Below, one piece after another: positions 26,745-41,974 of a stretch of DNA of 64,000 bases. The DNA is from Octopus vulgaris. Lineage: Eukaryota. The DNA lies in assembly GCA_951406725.2 (NCBI GenBank), contig OX597819.1:76136001-76200000 (forward strand). The letters are read 5' to 3'. The notes below the pieces were generated by a model. The model had not been told where the DNA came from, did not search any database, and worked only from the letters and a program-made list of their open reading frames with translations. Numbering within the stretch: position 1 is the first letter of the stretch; every line of letters begins with the position of its first letter. The position numbers were made by a program, and so were the translations under genes.

Positions 26745-26925
26745 GTCGTTGTTGTTTAGTCCCAGGGCAGTTCTGTTCGTTCGAGCAACCGTATGATGAA
26801 AAGTGTTTCTGCTGACTGTGACCAGTCGTTTTCTTTCCAAATCAACTATTACTTTGTGGAAAGTGTCCATTATCTATGACGGCAAAGTGTAATGCGGAGA
26901 AAATTTGACTGTTATTTCTAGCATA
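26745..26925 (-). repeat. Representative of an old dispersed repeat family with an (AAC)n-like tail
   Basis: Related decayed motifs (gctagaaataa...tgtcc/ggaca...aacaacaac) recur near 5230-5415, 12150-12300, 13110-13210, 17500-17650, 19220-19570, 24500-24680, 44510-44580. Confidence 0.45.
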
Positions 26926-27713
26926 CGGAATATTCCCTTATGCGCAAATATTGATATTGAAATAGTATAAGTCTGTATAAGTGTGTGTGAATGTGGTTGA
27001 GAGAGAGAGAGAGAGGGAAGGGAGAGTGAAAGTGAGATACTGAATGTCACTTTGTTCGCTGAATCGAAAGTACTGGAGTATCTCGTAAAATTTACTTTCC
27101 TTCGCTTATTGTCTATGAAGAATGTAATGTAATAAATCTGAAGTTTATCACATTTATTATACGATAATTGGACGAAAGCGGGTTACTAATGAATACCATC
27201 ATAGTTTGTGGAACTCCATGAGGATCAGCGAAATATCTACCATATAAATAATTGAAGATAATTGTGTTGTAAAAGAATATTGATATGTTTGAATTAACAC
27301 AGCCTATTGATATGATGGTTCTAGCCTGCGGCAATATGTCAGCTTAACCATAGAAGCGAAGAGTTATTTAATATCAATTTAAGCATAGTTACAGCCTAAT
27401 ATTTCATACTTATTGCTATGGTAAATATTCTTGGGGACTAGCAGACACACTCTGTAATATCAACATCGTGTTAAACGCCTGACTTCATCGTAAAATCAAA
27501 CTGTCAAATGCATTGCCAATGCTTACACTGGAAATAAATTCGAGACCGTTAAAAATAGCAATATTGATTTCGTTGCTCGACAAAATGACGACATGGGAAA
27601 TTGCACTCGAGCAGCGTTCATACTTTTGTCAGATATAGGCAGATACATACCTATTTGAATGGAAATCGAGTTGACAGTTGAACCTTCTATTAGTTTGAGT
27701 CTACGATTCTTGA

Positions 27714-27977
<264 letters not shown>

Positions 27978-28203
27978 TAGAATACACCTGCAGCGAATAG
28001 CAAACAACAAAGACGTGTGACAGCGAGCTGCCGGGAAAATAGATCAAATCTGAAACCATCACGAAGCAAGAATTAAGAAGCTGTAAAAACAATGTAAGAA
28101 AACTATGTTTTAATGTAAGCCAGTTCGGAAAACGAAAATTTTTTTTCTCTTATATGGAGTATATATACTTATACATGCATACATACATACATACATACAT
28201 ACA

Positions 28204-28232
<29 letters not shown>

Positions 28233-28234
<2 letters not shown>

Positions 28235-28572
28235 CAACCCCAGTGCGTAACTGGTACTTATTTAATCGACCCCGAAAGGATGAAAGGCAAATTCGACCTC
28301 GGTGGAATTTGAACTCAGAACGTAACTGCAGACGAAATACCTATTTCTTTATTACCCACTAGGGGCTAAACATTGAAGGGACAAACAAGGACAGACATAG
28401 GTATTAAGTCGATTACATCGACCCCAGTGCGTAATTAGTACTTAATTAATCGACCCCGAAAGAATGAAAGGCAAAGAGGACATCGGCGGAATTTGATCTC
28501 AGAACGTAACGGCAGAGGAAATACCACTGAGCATTTCGCCCGGCGTGCTAACGTTTCTGCCAGCTCACTGTC
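28233..28572 (-). mobile_element. SINE family B: full copy plus tandem head-truncated repeat
   Basis: ccccagtgcgtaa...atcgaccccgaaag.atgaaaggcaaa...gaatttga.ctcagaacgtaac occurs twice, ~184 bp apart. Confidence 0.85.
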
Positions 28573-29011
28573 TTTATATAGAATATTGTTGAAGATGAAA
28601 TTTATTAAAGAACACAATGCTTTCGAAAAATTCTCACTGACTCTCACATAAATTCGGCCAAGACCAATAAAAGTAATCATCAAGTAATGTCAAAATATTC
28701 ATATTTAGACTCTATTGCTTTTATGAGCATCTGAAAGTGTATGAGTGTTTGTAATAAATTAGTTTATGTGTATATCATACCCACACAGATTACATCATGA
28801 TGTAAAAAAAGAAAACACGCGTATAGACATACACACACAGACGCGCGCGCATACACACAGTATACTAAATGATAATAAAAGAAATTCTGTTTTAGGACAC
28901 CGGTGTGAAACTCACATCATTACGACATGAATCTGAATATATATATATATATATATGCGTCTGTGTGTATATATATATATATGCATGTGCGTCTGTGTGT
29001 TTGTGTGTATA

Positions 29012-29050
<39 letters not shown>

Positions 29051-30246
29051 ATGAGGGTGTGTGTTTGTGTCTGTGCACGTCTATGTATATACACCGATAT
29101 GCATATATAGTTTCATACATACATATATGTACAGAAGCACCTCCTCTAAACTTCCGCCCTGCAGCTGCTAGATGCTAAGTTAATTTAAATTAACGAGTCT
29201 AATTATCTTGTAGCACTGAGTTAGGTTTTGTTTTCGGAACTTGGAACAAATGAAACTACCAATGGAAACGTTTGGTATATTCCTATTTTGTCATAGAAGC
29301 AGCATCTCCTTTCAACTTGAGACAATTAATTACGTTAGTGTTAATTAATTCAAGTCAGAGGACATTAAGCAAAATGTTGTCCACAATATTAAAATATATG
29401 AAATAACCTTAGCTGAGACATCTCTGGTCACATGTTTGCTCCATGAATGTTGATCGCGGACTATATAACAATAATATATATTTTTCTGGGTTTAATGAGC
29501 TCTTGTGCTAAATAAAAACCAAAATCAAGATATTTAAATATAAATTACGATTAGCAGAAACTGTAGAACTAAATTTAGTCGACTATATAATTTTGACTGT
29601 TATTCTTTCTTGAAATCGAGTTTTTTTTTTCCTTTTATTACCCTGTAGCGGATAAAATAAGTACCTGATGTGGACTATATTCACTTAATCTATTCTACAT
29701 TTATGGCCTCTGCAAGCGGAAGAAAACAACGTTAGGGAATAAATGTGCTAGCTATATAAAACCATGTGCATTTAGGTACAGAGCGAGAAGAAAATGTTTT
29801 ATCCCCTTAAACGTTATACACGACTTGGCATTGCTGAGTTTCATAACTCGGCACTCTGTCGACCTCCTCATTTGCGAAACATGTGAATATATGAGAAATC
29901 AGTGGTTATTGTAATATCTTCAACCAATTATTTCTCTCACTTTTCCCATCTGTGCTCAATTTTCTTATATTTCACTAACTTAGAATTATTATACTGTTAT
30001 CCTATTAGTGCATTATAGTCAACTATTGCATTAGAGCCGCTCATTTCATTTCGTCCATTATACTTTTAGTATATATTCACTCCATTTTGTTCCGGTCATC
30101 GTGTCATCGTTTCCCAGTACCTTACGCTTCATTATAGACTACCATAGTTTCTTATACATCATAGCCATTTTAAACCATCTTCAGTAACAAATTCACAAAC
30201 GAAAAGGTACTCTCTCTATCTCTCTCTCTCTCACACACACACACAG

Positions 30247-30296
<50 letters not shown>

Positions 30297-33277
30297 GAAA
30301 ATTTAATAGACTGTATTCTGGGGAATACTGTTATTTTTATTTTTGTCAATGGAAGAAGTTTTGTTTTATTTGAAGTAACTTTTTACTGAAGGTAAGAAAA
30401 AAAACCAACTTAATAACAAATGTGTCGCTCAATAAAACGATTAAATAAAGATAGTTCCTGAGGCAGAGAAGTCTATGAGAATTACCATATGTTAGTGAAA
30501 GGGAATAGGAAGTGGTAGATTCTTGTTTTTTTTTGTGTCAGATCTCTGTTAATATATTAATTCATGACATGTAACTTGGGAAAATCATTAGGAACGAGAG
30601 GACGAAGTTGACTGCTTATCTTGGAGCAGTTCTAGAATAATCGAACTGTATTGTTGTCTGTAAAGTAGTGAGCACCAGTGGAACAAGAACTAAGCGTGTA
30701 GTGAGCCAAAATCTGCGACTCGCATTCGATTCCTCATAAAAATCTTTATTTTTCTTTATGTCACCAAAGTCCTTCACTAAGGTATGAGCAAGCTCCCTCA
30801 AATAACATCGTGCCATCTTATAAAGAAAAATTACCTTAAATAACATAGTTATAGTGAACTCTCCTGTCATAAACGAGAAATAAGGTTTTCCGCAATTTCT
30901 TGCGGAACAACCTGAACAGATGATTTGCTTAAAGTGATCAAATAATTGTGCTGTACATGAGCTCACTTTCTCCATCAAATCGAGTGTGGAACACGTTTAG
31001 GGTGTCCCACACTCTAGATGTCTGATTGCAGAAGAGCGTAAAATGAAGTATTTTACATAAGAATACAATGAACCACCCGGTCCGGAAATCGAAACCACTA
31101 TCTTGCGATCGTGAGTGCAATATTCTAAACATTAGCAGCCCTCACTCACTCATATTAAAAGGACTTAAAGATCATTATTGAATTGTCTGTTCTCAATGAT
31201 TTGCTTGATCATGAGGGGGTGAACATTGACTATGCAACAACAACAGGAAAAACAATAAAATTTAATGCATGGATATCATACACCTCCGTTTTGCCACCCG
31301 GGAAGATATTTATCCGGTTGAATGTTAGCAATCTCAATTAAAATTCCATTTCAGTTCACGGCTTTAACTCATTCACTGCATAATTACGTGATTAATGTCT
31401 TGAACGTTACGAATTCTTATAATCCCAATTTATATAACACCTAAAATATTGTTTTGTGAAAGAATGAAAGAATGTTGGAATAGTAAACTTTGTAGGAAGG
31501 CAATATTACAATTTAGTTTCAATTGACATTTGTAGCCAAACCAATTCCATCATTTGGTTGATGCATGTTTGACACAACTGAGGCCTTGGTCATATACGTA
31601 GTCATCTCTACAGTTGAGTTATTAAAGGTTGTTATAAATTTTGTTACAGAGTGAGTTTGTGAACATTCGAATGAATCTGCTCATCTGCAAAGGACTGTAA
31701 TTATTTTTATAACTTGAAAAGTAAGGCTATTTTCAGAGTGAGAGGGTTAAAGTAACGTTTAGTTTGTAAAAGTGTGTTAATGACTAAATGTGTGAAAAAC
31801 GATACAAGACACATTGATCAAGTAGAATCTGAAAATACATTTATAAACCGAAAAGAAATTATATATTTCGAAGTGTGGCAGCGATGGTGTTGAGATTGTT
31901 TCGTATAAAAAGTAACTGATGGATTGGGAAATGACAAAACCTACGTATGACCGCATGAACTTGACGGGAATATGGGTATAATTCATATATTGTTTTGTTT
32001 GAAGTAGGTTATTTGTGTGCATTATTAGAATTTACATCCAATCGCTTCAGTATTCGTTTTACCTAGCATTCCAACTCGGTAGAATTTGAACTAAGAACGT
32101 AAAGACACAAAATGCCGTTGATCATCTTGCCCGGCGTGCTAACAATTCTGCCTGCTCGCCGCCCTAAATTACGTATATATTACCATGTGGATACATAGAT
32201 ATATGCAGAAATGTATATATAAATATATACAGATATTTACATACATCATTACACACAAACGGACACGCGCACATGAGAACTATTATACACATATATAGCA
32301 ATTAGCTACAACACAAACAATTAAAATTTTAAAGCATTTACGAACACATCCAATAAATTAATAAAAATTTTAAGTAAAATAAAAGAATTATTTTTTTAAA
32401 GTCGAACAATGTGTGGGTCTTAAATCAAGTAAACAATGTAAACGATTATGCTAAAGAAATTATTAGCAAATGCTATAGCAACACAGCAGAACTCCAGAAA
32501 ACTAGTCATGTTCTGCGTCAGTAAAGAGTAATCAAATAGTTCAAACAACTTCCCTTCAGCATAAAATTATTGAATTTATTCTACTGTTTGAACTATCTGA
32601 ACAAAATTGTCTATTAAATTATCACTAGTAAACGCTTTACTAGATAAACTAACTCTATTACACCCACAATATCGCATGAAGATCATAAGTAATTTCGCAC
32701 TCACTGCACCACCAGTACCGTATCGTTAGAACTCAAAGATTATGGCTTAGAGAAAAAAAATATGAATAGTAATTAGCTTTAATCTAACTTGTAGAGATAG
32801 TGAGCATAAATTAAATGAGACATATTTGTGAGCATTTATGAATATTTACGATAGCATTTCATGAGTGTCGAGTGAGCAATTTGATTCATGTCGGAGCATG
32901 TGTTTACTTTTGTTTGATATATTGTTATTATTGTAAATGGCTTATGTAGATTATATAACATATTACAAACAAAAACCAAAACAGCTATTCAAGATTTTAA
33001 ATGATGAAAGTCATAGTCCTTTTACGTATTTTTCTTGCCTTAAACAACAGATTCCAGACTGTGATACATAACTCTATTAGACAATAGGGGAGTATGCCAT
33101 CAACTGGTGGTTAAGGGGTTGCAAATTTGTTCTGTCATTATGTGATAAGCGGTTGTGACAACACTGTTAGTTTCTTTCGCAGCAGAAAGGTCATGTGTGT
33201 TAGATTAAAAAAATTCCCTTGCTTTCAAGATCACTAATGTAACAGAAACCATCATCGTATGACAGATACTCGATTAT

Positions 33278-33308
<31 letters not shown>

Positions 33309-33382
33309 CACTATATATATACTATATATATATGTATATATACTATATATATGTATATATACTACACACAAATATATGTATA

Positions 33383-34122
33383 CTAGCAGTATCGCCCGGC
33401 GTTGCTCGGCGTTGTAAGGGAAATAACTATATAAGCATTTTTAGAGAGTTATAGCCAAAAAATAGCAAAAAAATGCAGGAACAAATTTCGGAAAAAAATC
33501 TCCCATAATTCACGGAATTAAAATTACACTTCGATTTTTGTACAAAACTGTATTTGAAGTGTTTACGAAGTATAATACGTGTTTTCACGAATGTACTAAA
33601 GAGATTTACTCTGATATTCTCATTTAAATATGAATAGGTAAATTCGGGCGGTTTGGTAACGAAAGGGTTTATATAAGTGTCGTCTGTTTATACATAAACA
33701 CTGTTTCATACTTTCAGTTTAGTCTTCCTCAAATCACTCTGTCGCTAATTTACTCTCTTCCAAGAATATTTTCGCTCACTGTTATCTGTTAGCTTCCCAT
33801 ACATTTTACTCATGTATCTATCAGCGTGATAGACAGAAACAAATATTACATCTAGTTTCACTTTATTCGTTACACACTGTGTGTGTGCGTTTGCGTGTGG
33901 TGTAAACCAGACTAAGAAAAGCATTTGACACACACACCAGAATGTGAGTTTTCTGTAAATTTTGCTTAATTGGAGTTTAAATTTTAAAAACTGGACCTGG
34001 TATGACACGATGCATTGTACTCTTAAAAATGCTAGGTAAATTGTAATTGAAGAAATCCTATATCGTAGATTTGTATAACTCCCAAAGGGAGGCAGATAAA
34101 ATCTGCCTTTTATAATAAGAGA
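33383..34122 (-). mobile_element. Non-autonomous Helitron (~740 bp)
   Basis: Minus strand reads A|TCTCTTATTATAAAAGGCAG...gagcaacgccgggcg (GC hairpin)-atactg-CTAG|T: TC start, subterminal hairpin, CTAG end, A/T insertion site, no TSD. Confidence 0.75.
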
Positions 34123-34587
34123 TATATATATATATATATATATGCGTGTGTGTGTTTGTGTATACATACCTATATATATGTGTGTGTGTGTAAGTATATA
34201 CAGAGTAGATTATGCATGCATGCATGCATGCAAACATATACATATATGTGTGTTTGTGTATCTCTGTGTGTACGTGTTCGAATGCATGTATACATAACCT
34301 ACTCTAACCGATATGATACAACATAAGCACAGGTGAAATGATATTAAGCTGTGGCATATGTTTCGTACATTTCAAATATAATCAAATTTTGATTCTTTCC
34401 TTCAGACGGCCCTCTATGTTTGTAGGAGATATTTAGCAAAATCGGTTCTTTTAGCTTTTATTGATAGAAAATCTATTTACTTTCCTATCACGAAAAACAT
34501 CCGCAAATATATGCCGATGTACCATGGAGATAGAGAGACAAAAGTTACATTTATGTATCCATCCATCCATCTCCCTTTTCTCTCTCT

Positions 34588-34666
<79 letters not shown>

Positions 34667-35695
34667 CATACATACATGCATATGCACACACACACACACA
34701 CATATATATGTATATATATACACTGCTTATTCACTTATATTACTCCCTCTATTCACACAAGCTGCGCCGTCACATCCTAAGTGTTATATACACCACTTCA
34801 TTGAATGTTAAATCTAACAGTGCCAGAACATTTTTGTTCTTAACAGAAGAAAAATTCAGTCAAGTCATATAGAACACCTTTTAAAAGACGCAATCTGCAG
34901 ATAAAATATTAGTTGCCTTAGAAACTGAAATGAAAAATATATACGAAGGACATAGATATGGCAGATTGATATTGGAAGCAAATGTTATCGTATTATATAT
35001 CGTTTTTTTTTCTAGACATTCAGTGAAAAGGAATCACTAAAATATTAGCAGATTACACATTGAATTCAAAATAAACCAAAGATTTAAATACTACAAAAGC
35101 GAATGTTAAAGATATAGTTGTACAGAAACAAGGGAAGTAAAATACAATAAACTGATGCAATCAAGAATAATGTTGAAGCAGTAAATCACAGGATCAGAGT
35201 TCCTTGGGAAATGCAGATATATCACAAAGCATCACTTACTGAACTAAGAAACAGCCGCCTCATTGGACTAAAATTATATAAATGCGCTGACATTGAAAAT
35301 TTCTTCCTGTTCGCTTTTTTCCCTTCTTCAGCAGCTATAATTTTGTTTCCCTCCTTATTGCTTCTATATTGACCGTCGTAATTTTAGTTAATATACTTTT
35401 GATTTCTAACGAACTAATATACATATATTTTTCGACACAAATTTTAATACAGCCCAGGTAAGAGTTAGCTATCTTAATGGAGGTAGGAATGTTAATACAT
35501 GCAGAATAATTATATTTCATAATATTTCAAACCACGTGAGGATATGAACGCATCCGCGCGAAAATTCTTCCGATCCGGTATTGTGATCGTGTTGCTTTAT
35601 AAATATATATATATTAATGCACATTTAGTAACGAGTATCTTGCAATATATACATCGATAATGTTATTTATCAACCAAAAATTATATATATATATG

Positions 35696-35727
<32 letters not shown>

Positions 35728-36171
35728 TATATATATAGTACGATACGTACAAGTGTGTAATTGTGACATGTAACGTGAATATGCTTCCCTACACGAAGCG
35801 AGATTGCTTTCAATCAGTTAACCGAAATCAATATGTCACATACTTACTTTCTTCCATTAAAATAATTCCCAAAACTCTATATTTGAGTGATTTCCATCTG
35901 CAAATAGATTTGCTACCCATCCAGACACACATGTGAGTCTCCCTCTCTGCATCATTGCGTAGAACTCGCACACACACGCGCACTCACACACACAACCATG
36001 CACGCACGCAAGCATGCACACACACATACGCACAAACGTATTGAGGTACACAAGCTATTAAGACGATAAAAGTGTACATACATATGTATGTATCTATGTA
36101 CCTATGTATCTATCCATCAGTCTATCTACATACACATGTATACATATAAAAATACGATATATATAATACAT

Positions 36172-36227
<56 letters not shown>

Positions 36228-36229
<2 letters not shown>

Positions 36230-36418
36230 AATCCAAACATGAATAAGCAAGAAAATACTACAACACGTAAGGGCGTGGAATAAGTAGAGTGTTATTGGAC
36301 GCTCAGGAAAGGAAAAAAAAGAAAGATTATTTTCTTTGGAGCGGAGCTCTTCGTCAAAAATATAGAAGTCCAAAGAAGGGAAGACGGACAAAGAAAATCG
36401 CCAACGATACACACGCTG

Positions 36419-36421
<3 letters not shown>
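36228..36421 (-). mobile_element. Copy of the 8461-8671 hammerhead element with mutated core
   Basis: Reverse complement aligns with 8467-8668; core reads TTGACGA-a-GAGC-tcc-GCTC-CAAAG. Confidence 0.8.
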
Positions 36422-36506
<85 letters not shown>

Positions 36507-36523
36507 ATACATACATACATACA

Positions 36524-36559
<36 letters not shown>

Positions 36560-37194
36560 GATATATATATCTGCGTGTGTGCGTGTGTGTGCGATATGGA
36601 GAGTATATGCGTGCTTGCAAGAATTTTTGTGAGCGCATGTGTATTTAGTTAACGTTCACAACATATGATATACGCTGATATAAATAAATTTATGCATACA
36701 AAACCTACGCACATTGTAATTTCTGTATATATAGCAGATGCATATATAATACTTTATATATGCTTATATTCTACATTACAAACTTCTTAACTTCTATTAT
36801 ATATGTGTTTGTGCATAAGAGTGTGGCGTATGCATATAAGAATATAAACCTATAATGAAAGTAAAAAATCTTTCGTGCAAGCCATCCATGTTTGGCCAAA
36901 ACTATTCATCTGTAGGTTTCGGAGAAATCCCGGATTACCTTTCTGTCTATTTATAAGTACAGTCGACCGAACAAAATTTGCTGCTCGGAAACATTATGAA
37001 TGGATTTGTAATCTTCGTTATTGAATACAATAAACATTACACACAATGGACTCTGCATATATATCAGACTCTTGGCACTTTTATGTCCATGTAATTTCCG
37101 CGTGTATGGTGATATGCACAATGATTTCTGAAATATTATTATACTCTCGGACCCATTTTATGCACTCTTCTGTATGTATGGGTCTATGTATATA

Positions 37195-37230
<36 letters not shown>

Positions 37231-37353
37231 TGTATGTATGTATGTATGTATGTATGTATGTATGTATGTGTGTGTGCGAGTGTGCGAGTGTGTATGCATG
37301 TATGTATATATATTACCTGCAATATGTATAATAAACAAACATATACAAATTTA

Positions 37354-37431
<78 letters not shown>

Positions 37432-37497
37432 TATATATATATATATATAGGTTGAATAGGAACACACGAGTTGAATATATATAGATATATATATGTG

Positions 37498-37800
37498 AGG
37501 GCGCGTGGCTTAGTGGTTAATATAAATAAAACAAGTTGTAACGATTTCGGCGACGCGTTGTTCAACAGAAAGATACATTTCACGAGCTCCAGTCCACTCA
37601 GCTGGAGAAAAATGAGTTGTACTTGTATTTCAACGAATCAACAATTGTCACTCTCTATGTATATATTATCCCCGAGAACTACGTAGGGTATATACGTGTC
37701 TGTGGAATGCTCAGCCATTTGCACGTTAATTTCACAAGCAAGCTGTTCCGTTGATCGTATCAGCTGGGACCCTCGTCGTCGTAACCGGCGGAGTCAAGAA
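37498..37800 (+). mobile_element. SINE family C with A-tail
   Basis: gggcgcgtggcttagtggtta head; catttcacgagctccagtccactcagctgg core; ends before poly(A). Confidence 0.75.
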
Positions 37801-38534
37801 AAAAAAAAAAAAAAAAAAAGATACATATATGTATATTCATATAATATGTATTGTCAGTTCACAACACCATATCTCCATACATACATTTATACTCACTGAA
37901 GCATGCACACGCCGCACGCACATGCGCAAACACACACACACACTTCCATATAATATACACACGCGCAAACATATACATATAACGTGCTAGTGAGAATTCT
38001 TAGAGAATGCCAGGCAAAGAGTATTTCGGTTTACAATGATTTTTTCGGCACTTTGGTGACTGATTTCAAATCCAGACGTGGTTCAACTTTATATTTCGAA
38101 GAAAGAACTGTTTCTATCGAAATCGTATCCTTCACTTAGTATCGTCTATGTTACGATGTGAAAAGTGTTTAGAGCTTCGGTGCGACTGCATCCAAGAAAT
38201 GAAAGTAAGGAGTAGCAACGCTTCTTCAGGCAGTATGTTAAAACGAAAAACAAAATAGTCTACTGGGTGAGTAAACATGACAAGCGACTACACTGATGTG
38301 GAATAATGCTCTATACATAGATACAAACACACACACATGCATACATACATGCATACATACATACATTCAAACATACGTTCATACACACATACGTACATAC
38401 CATAATACATGCATACATGCATAAGTATATATAACTATGTATAGATATGTAACAATATGCTTGGGAATACATAAGCATAGCAAAACATACAAATCTTCGC
38501 GTATAAATACTTACATACATATATATATACATAC

Positions 38535-38645
38535 AGAAGTACCTTGTTGATACTGTTGAAATTGGAATGAAAGAGCCTTGGATCTAGGTTAGTAACCAGA
38601 TCTTTCTCTATTGGCATGAAATCTTGAAATAAAACTGAATAATGA
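38535..38645 (+). mobile_element. 3' tail-only copy of the (CATA)n-associated R4/Dong family
   Basis: gttgaaatt..tgaaagagccttggatctaggtt...tctttctctattggca..aaatcttgaaataaa.ctgaataa matches 43780-43885; CATA repeats on both sides. Confidence 0.8.
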
Positions 38646-39169
38646 CATACATACATACGCGCGTCCTTCAAATCCGATTTAATAGCGACAGAATGATAAT
38701 TTGTGTTGAACATTCTAAAGACATTCTATACCTGAGCAATCAGTAACTGAATCTACGCACGCACTTGGTTGCGTATATCTACAAGGACTTATATGCAAAA
38801 AAATAATAGTGCACGCACATACACCTACGCGCGTGCACACACAAGCACCTAAACCCAAAAGAAATATGTAGGCATCAACATGTACGCACACATTAACTTA
38901 ACCATATATTTACAAGCTCCGGGAAATCTCTTAACTCAAAAAGTCTCGTCGCATTATTGGCGACTGTCTTGAACTCCATTAAGTAGAACTTAAATAAATC
39001 TCAACGAACAACATACCTACATGTACACACATACATATATGTACACACATACATATATGTACACACATACATATATGTACACATATACATATACACGCTC
39101 ATCCACAAATCCAGCTAGAGATGCAATACAGTATGTTTATTATATATTTGAGAAAGTCCTTTCTCTCTG

Positions 39170-39393
39170 CTTTATCATTTATTTTTTTACTTATTGCAAT
39201 CCTTAGACTTCGGCCATGGTGGGATACCGTACGGAAGAATTTTCTCTAGTCTAATACATCGACTCAAGTACTTGCTTTCTTAAATCCTGGTACTCGTTCT
39301 ATTGGTTCCTTTGCCGAACCACTAAATTACGAGGATGTAAACAAACCTACGCTGGTTGTCAAGCGATGGTCGGGGCCAAACACAGACTCAAAG

Positions 39394-39425
<32 letters not shown>

Positions 39426-39590
39426 CACATATAGGACGGGCTGTTTTCAGTTTCCGTCCACCGAATGCATCCACAAGGCATTGATCGGCCCAAGGCAATA
39501 GCAGAAAATACTCACCCATGATGCCACGCAGTTGAACTGAGATGGAACCATGTGATTGGAAAGGAAACTTCTTAGCACACAGTCACATTT
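39170..39590 (-). mobile_element. SINE family A, full length, diverged
   Basis: Reverse complement aligns along the 62369-62760 copy, including the internal (CA)n. Confidence 0.75.
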
Positions 39591-39869
39591 CCACCTGTTT
39601 ACAGATATCGCATATTTCTTCTCTGCCCTCTCGGTACTGAATAATTCCATGCTCCTCATTGAAAGTTTGCTACTTGCTGTTATTGCTTTTTCTTTCCTTG
39701 TTTTCTCTCTCCCTATCTCTATATATTTCTTTCTCTTAATCCTATATATTTAATTTTTATCAGAAAATTCGGTGAATTTTTTACAGAAGATTCGGTGAAT
39801 GCTGATTACATTTGTAGGCTAGAAATCCCGAAGTGAGTTCAAATTACGGCTTGCACAAACTATCTTTTT

Positions 39870-40855
39870 TCATGTGACATCAGTAGTATTACGAAGTGTG
39901 TTTATGAAATTCACACAATTTGATCGGTTTCGTATAAGATTCTAATCAGTTTGATTCCATTATATATTCAGAGCTTCTAAACACTTTCTGAGAGAAAGAA
40001 CTTTTCAGCTCTTGTCTACCATCCTTTTCTTCCTATAAATCAACTGCATACTTGCAGATGATGTCCAGCAACGTTCACTCTTAGGCAGATGATATTAGCA
40101 TTCTTGGCGCCTTAACCTGCCGCATTCAAGCAATACTCACACGCAGTGTAAACATCTAACGCCAAGTCGCTTTTGACTGAAGATCGACCTTCAAAAGTCT
40201 GACATTATAATTATTCCAATCTTGTTTCCATCAACAGTTGAAGAACAGAATCGCCTCAAATATCACGAAGAGTTTATTGCATGCTCAAAACTAAAATAAT
40301 ATACTAATTATAATAATATGATTAGGAACCATCAATCAATCTAAATGGTAGTCCTCACAATCACCTTGATTTTGTCCTGGCGGATATATATGCTCAGCAG
40401 TGTAATGATTTCATCTTTTCGGGAGTCAGAAAATAATTCCAGAAGTGTTTAATTTTGTCATATCTCAAATGAATTCCACATTTTAGTAATGCAGTCACAT
40501 CTGGAATAACGTTGCTGCAATGAAAGACAATATCTTCCACTCCCAAAATGCCACTCCACTAATAAGCATATATTCACTCACAAATGTACTATGACGCCTG
40601 GCACACGGAGAGGCCTACCTTCTCCTTGTGTTTTCTATCACAATTACAGTGGACTCAATTCTTCGAGCTAACTGGCCTGGGGCTGGCAATACACAAACAC
40701 CCATCTCCTTCTCATCATCTTATTTGCTTCCAATTTTCTCATTAATTGCTACACCCAATCTTTCCTTCCCAGAACCTCGGTCTTCTAGAATCCTTTTCCA
40801 AATGTTATTTCTGCAGCCGTCGCCTTGAAACCGACAAAAACAAATATTAATCATA
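39870..40855 (+). mobile_element. Highly degenerate CR1/Jockey-like LINE RT relic
   Basis: NVHS*ADDISIL (YADD-like), a CSHIW-like motif near 40490 and an SFLPRTS-like 3' motif. Confidence 0.55.
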
Positions 40856-41599
40856 ATAATTATTTAACCAGAAATGCAGCTAAGGTCATAAATATAACCT
40901 CTTCTTACAAAGCAAAGCAATACAGAAAAGAATGATGATAACGTGATAGTTTGTTAAGCTGTCGGGCTCACACGAATAATATTTTTTCTATCTTTTTCTA
41001 TCTTTCCATTTGTTAGAGAGCGGTTCCCAGTTTCGAGCGACTAAAATTTTGACACCATATCAAAAATAAATGTTTAAGTGAAGTTAGTGGTTTCTGTGTG
41101 TTTCTGAACGGCTAACTTGTGTCTTCTACACTGCTGAAATTTCTTTAGTTTCTTTAGTTTCTTTAGTTTCAGCTCACGATCTCAGATGAAAGCATTTTCT
41201 ATGCATGTACATCTCTGCATTTCTCTACTGCTCGCTGTCAATATCATTTTTTATAACTTCTGTTCTGAGCTTTAAATGCATGTTATATATCTCATATTTC
41301 CTGAAGCAAAACGTGTTGTAAAAAAAGGTCAATATCTGTCAAGTAGTTGCATATGATTGAATATTGGAAATGAAAGAACTTATTGAACTACATTCTATAA
41401 TTCAATAGATTAAATATAAATATTGATATTAATATTTTCAGGTGTGCTATAGATTCTCTTCATATACTAAGTTCGGTTCTTGACAAGATTAGCCTTTCCT
41501 TTCACTTAGCCGACGTCTGTAACTTAAATACTGTTTGAATATTCGAGTTAATCTGAGCCATAACCATATCAACATTTGATACCTTGTCTCTAATATCTT

Positions 41600-41820
41600 T
41601 TATCTTTTTACTTGTTTCAGTTATTTGGCTGCGGTCATGGTGGAGCACTGACTTGAAGGGTTTTAGTCGAACAAATCTTCCCCAGGACTTATTTTTAGAG
41701 CCTAGTATTTATTCTGTCATTCTCTTTGCCAAACCGCTAGGTTATGAAGATACAAACACACCAATACCAGTTTTCAAGCCGTGGTGGGGACAAACACAGA
41801 CACAAAGACACATACATGCA
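41600..41820 (-). mobile_element. SINE family A, 3' half
   Basis: cttttacttgtttcagt...gcggtcatggtggagcac...cctagtatttattct...ggacaaacacagacac. Confidence 0.8.
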
Positions 41821-41974
41821 AACATGCATAATATATTCATATATATATTATATTAAATTAGAGATAAAACCACTATTAGGCAAATATATACACACATGCA
41901 CACACATATATGTGTATGCATACACATACGCACATCCATGCATACATACATACATACAGACAGACAGACATACA

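Noticed and set aside
34840-35290. Purine-rich ORF1/gag-like relic (similar impression at 2770-3200)
   Set aside because: Too decayed; no diagnostic motif recoverable by eye.
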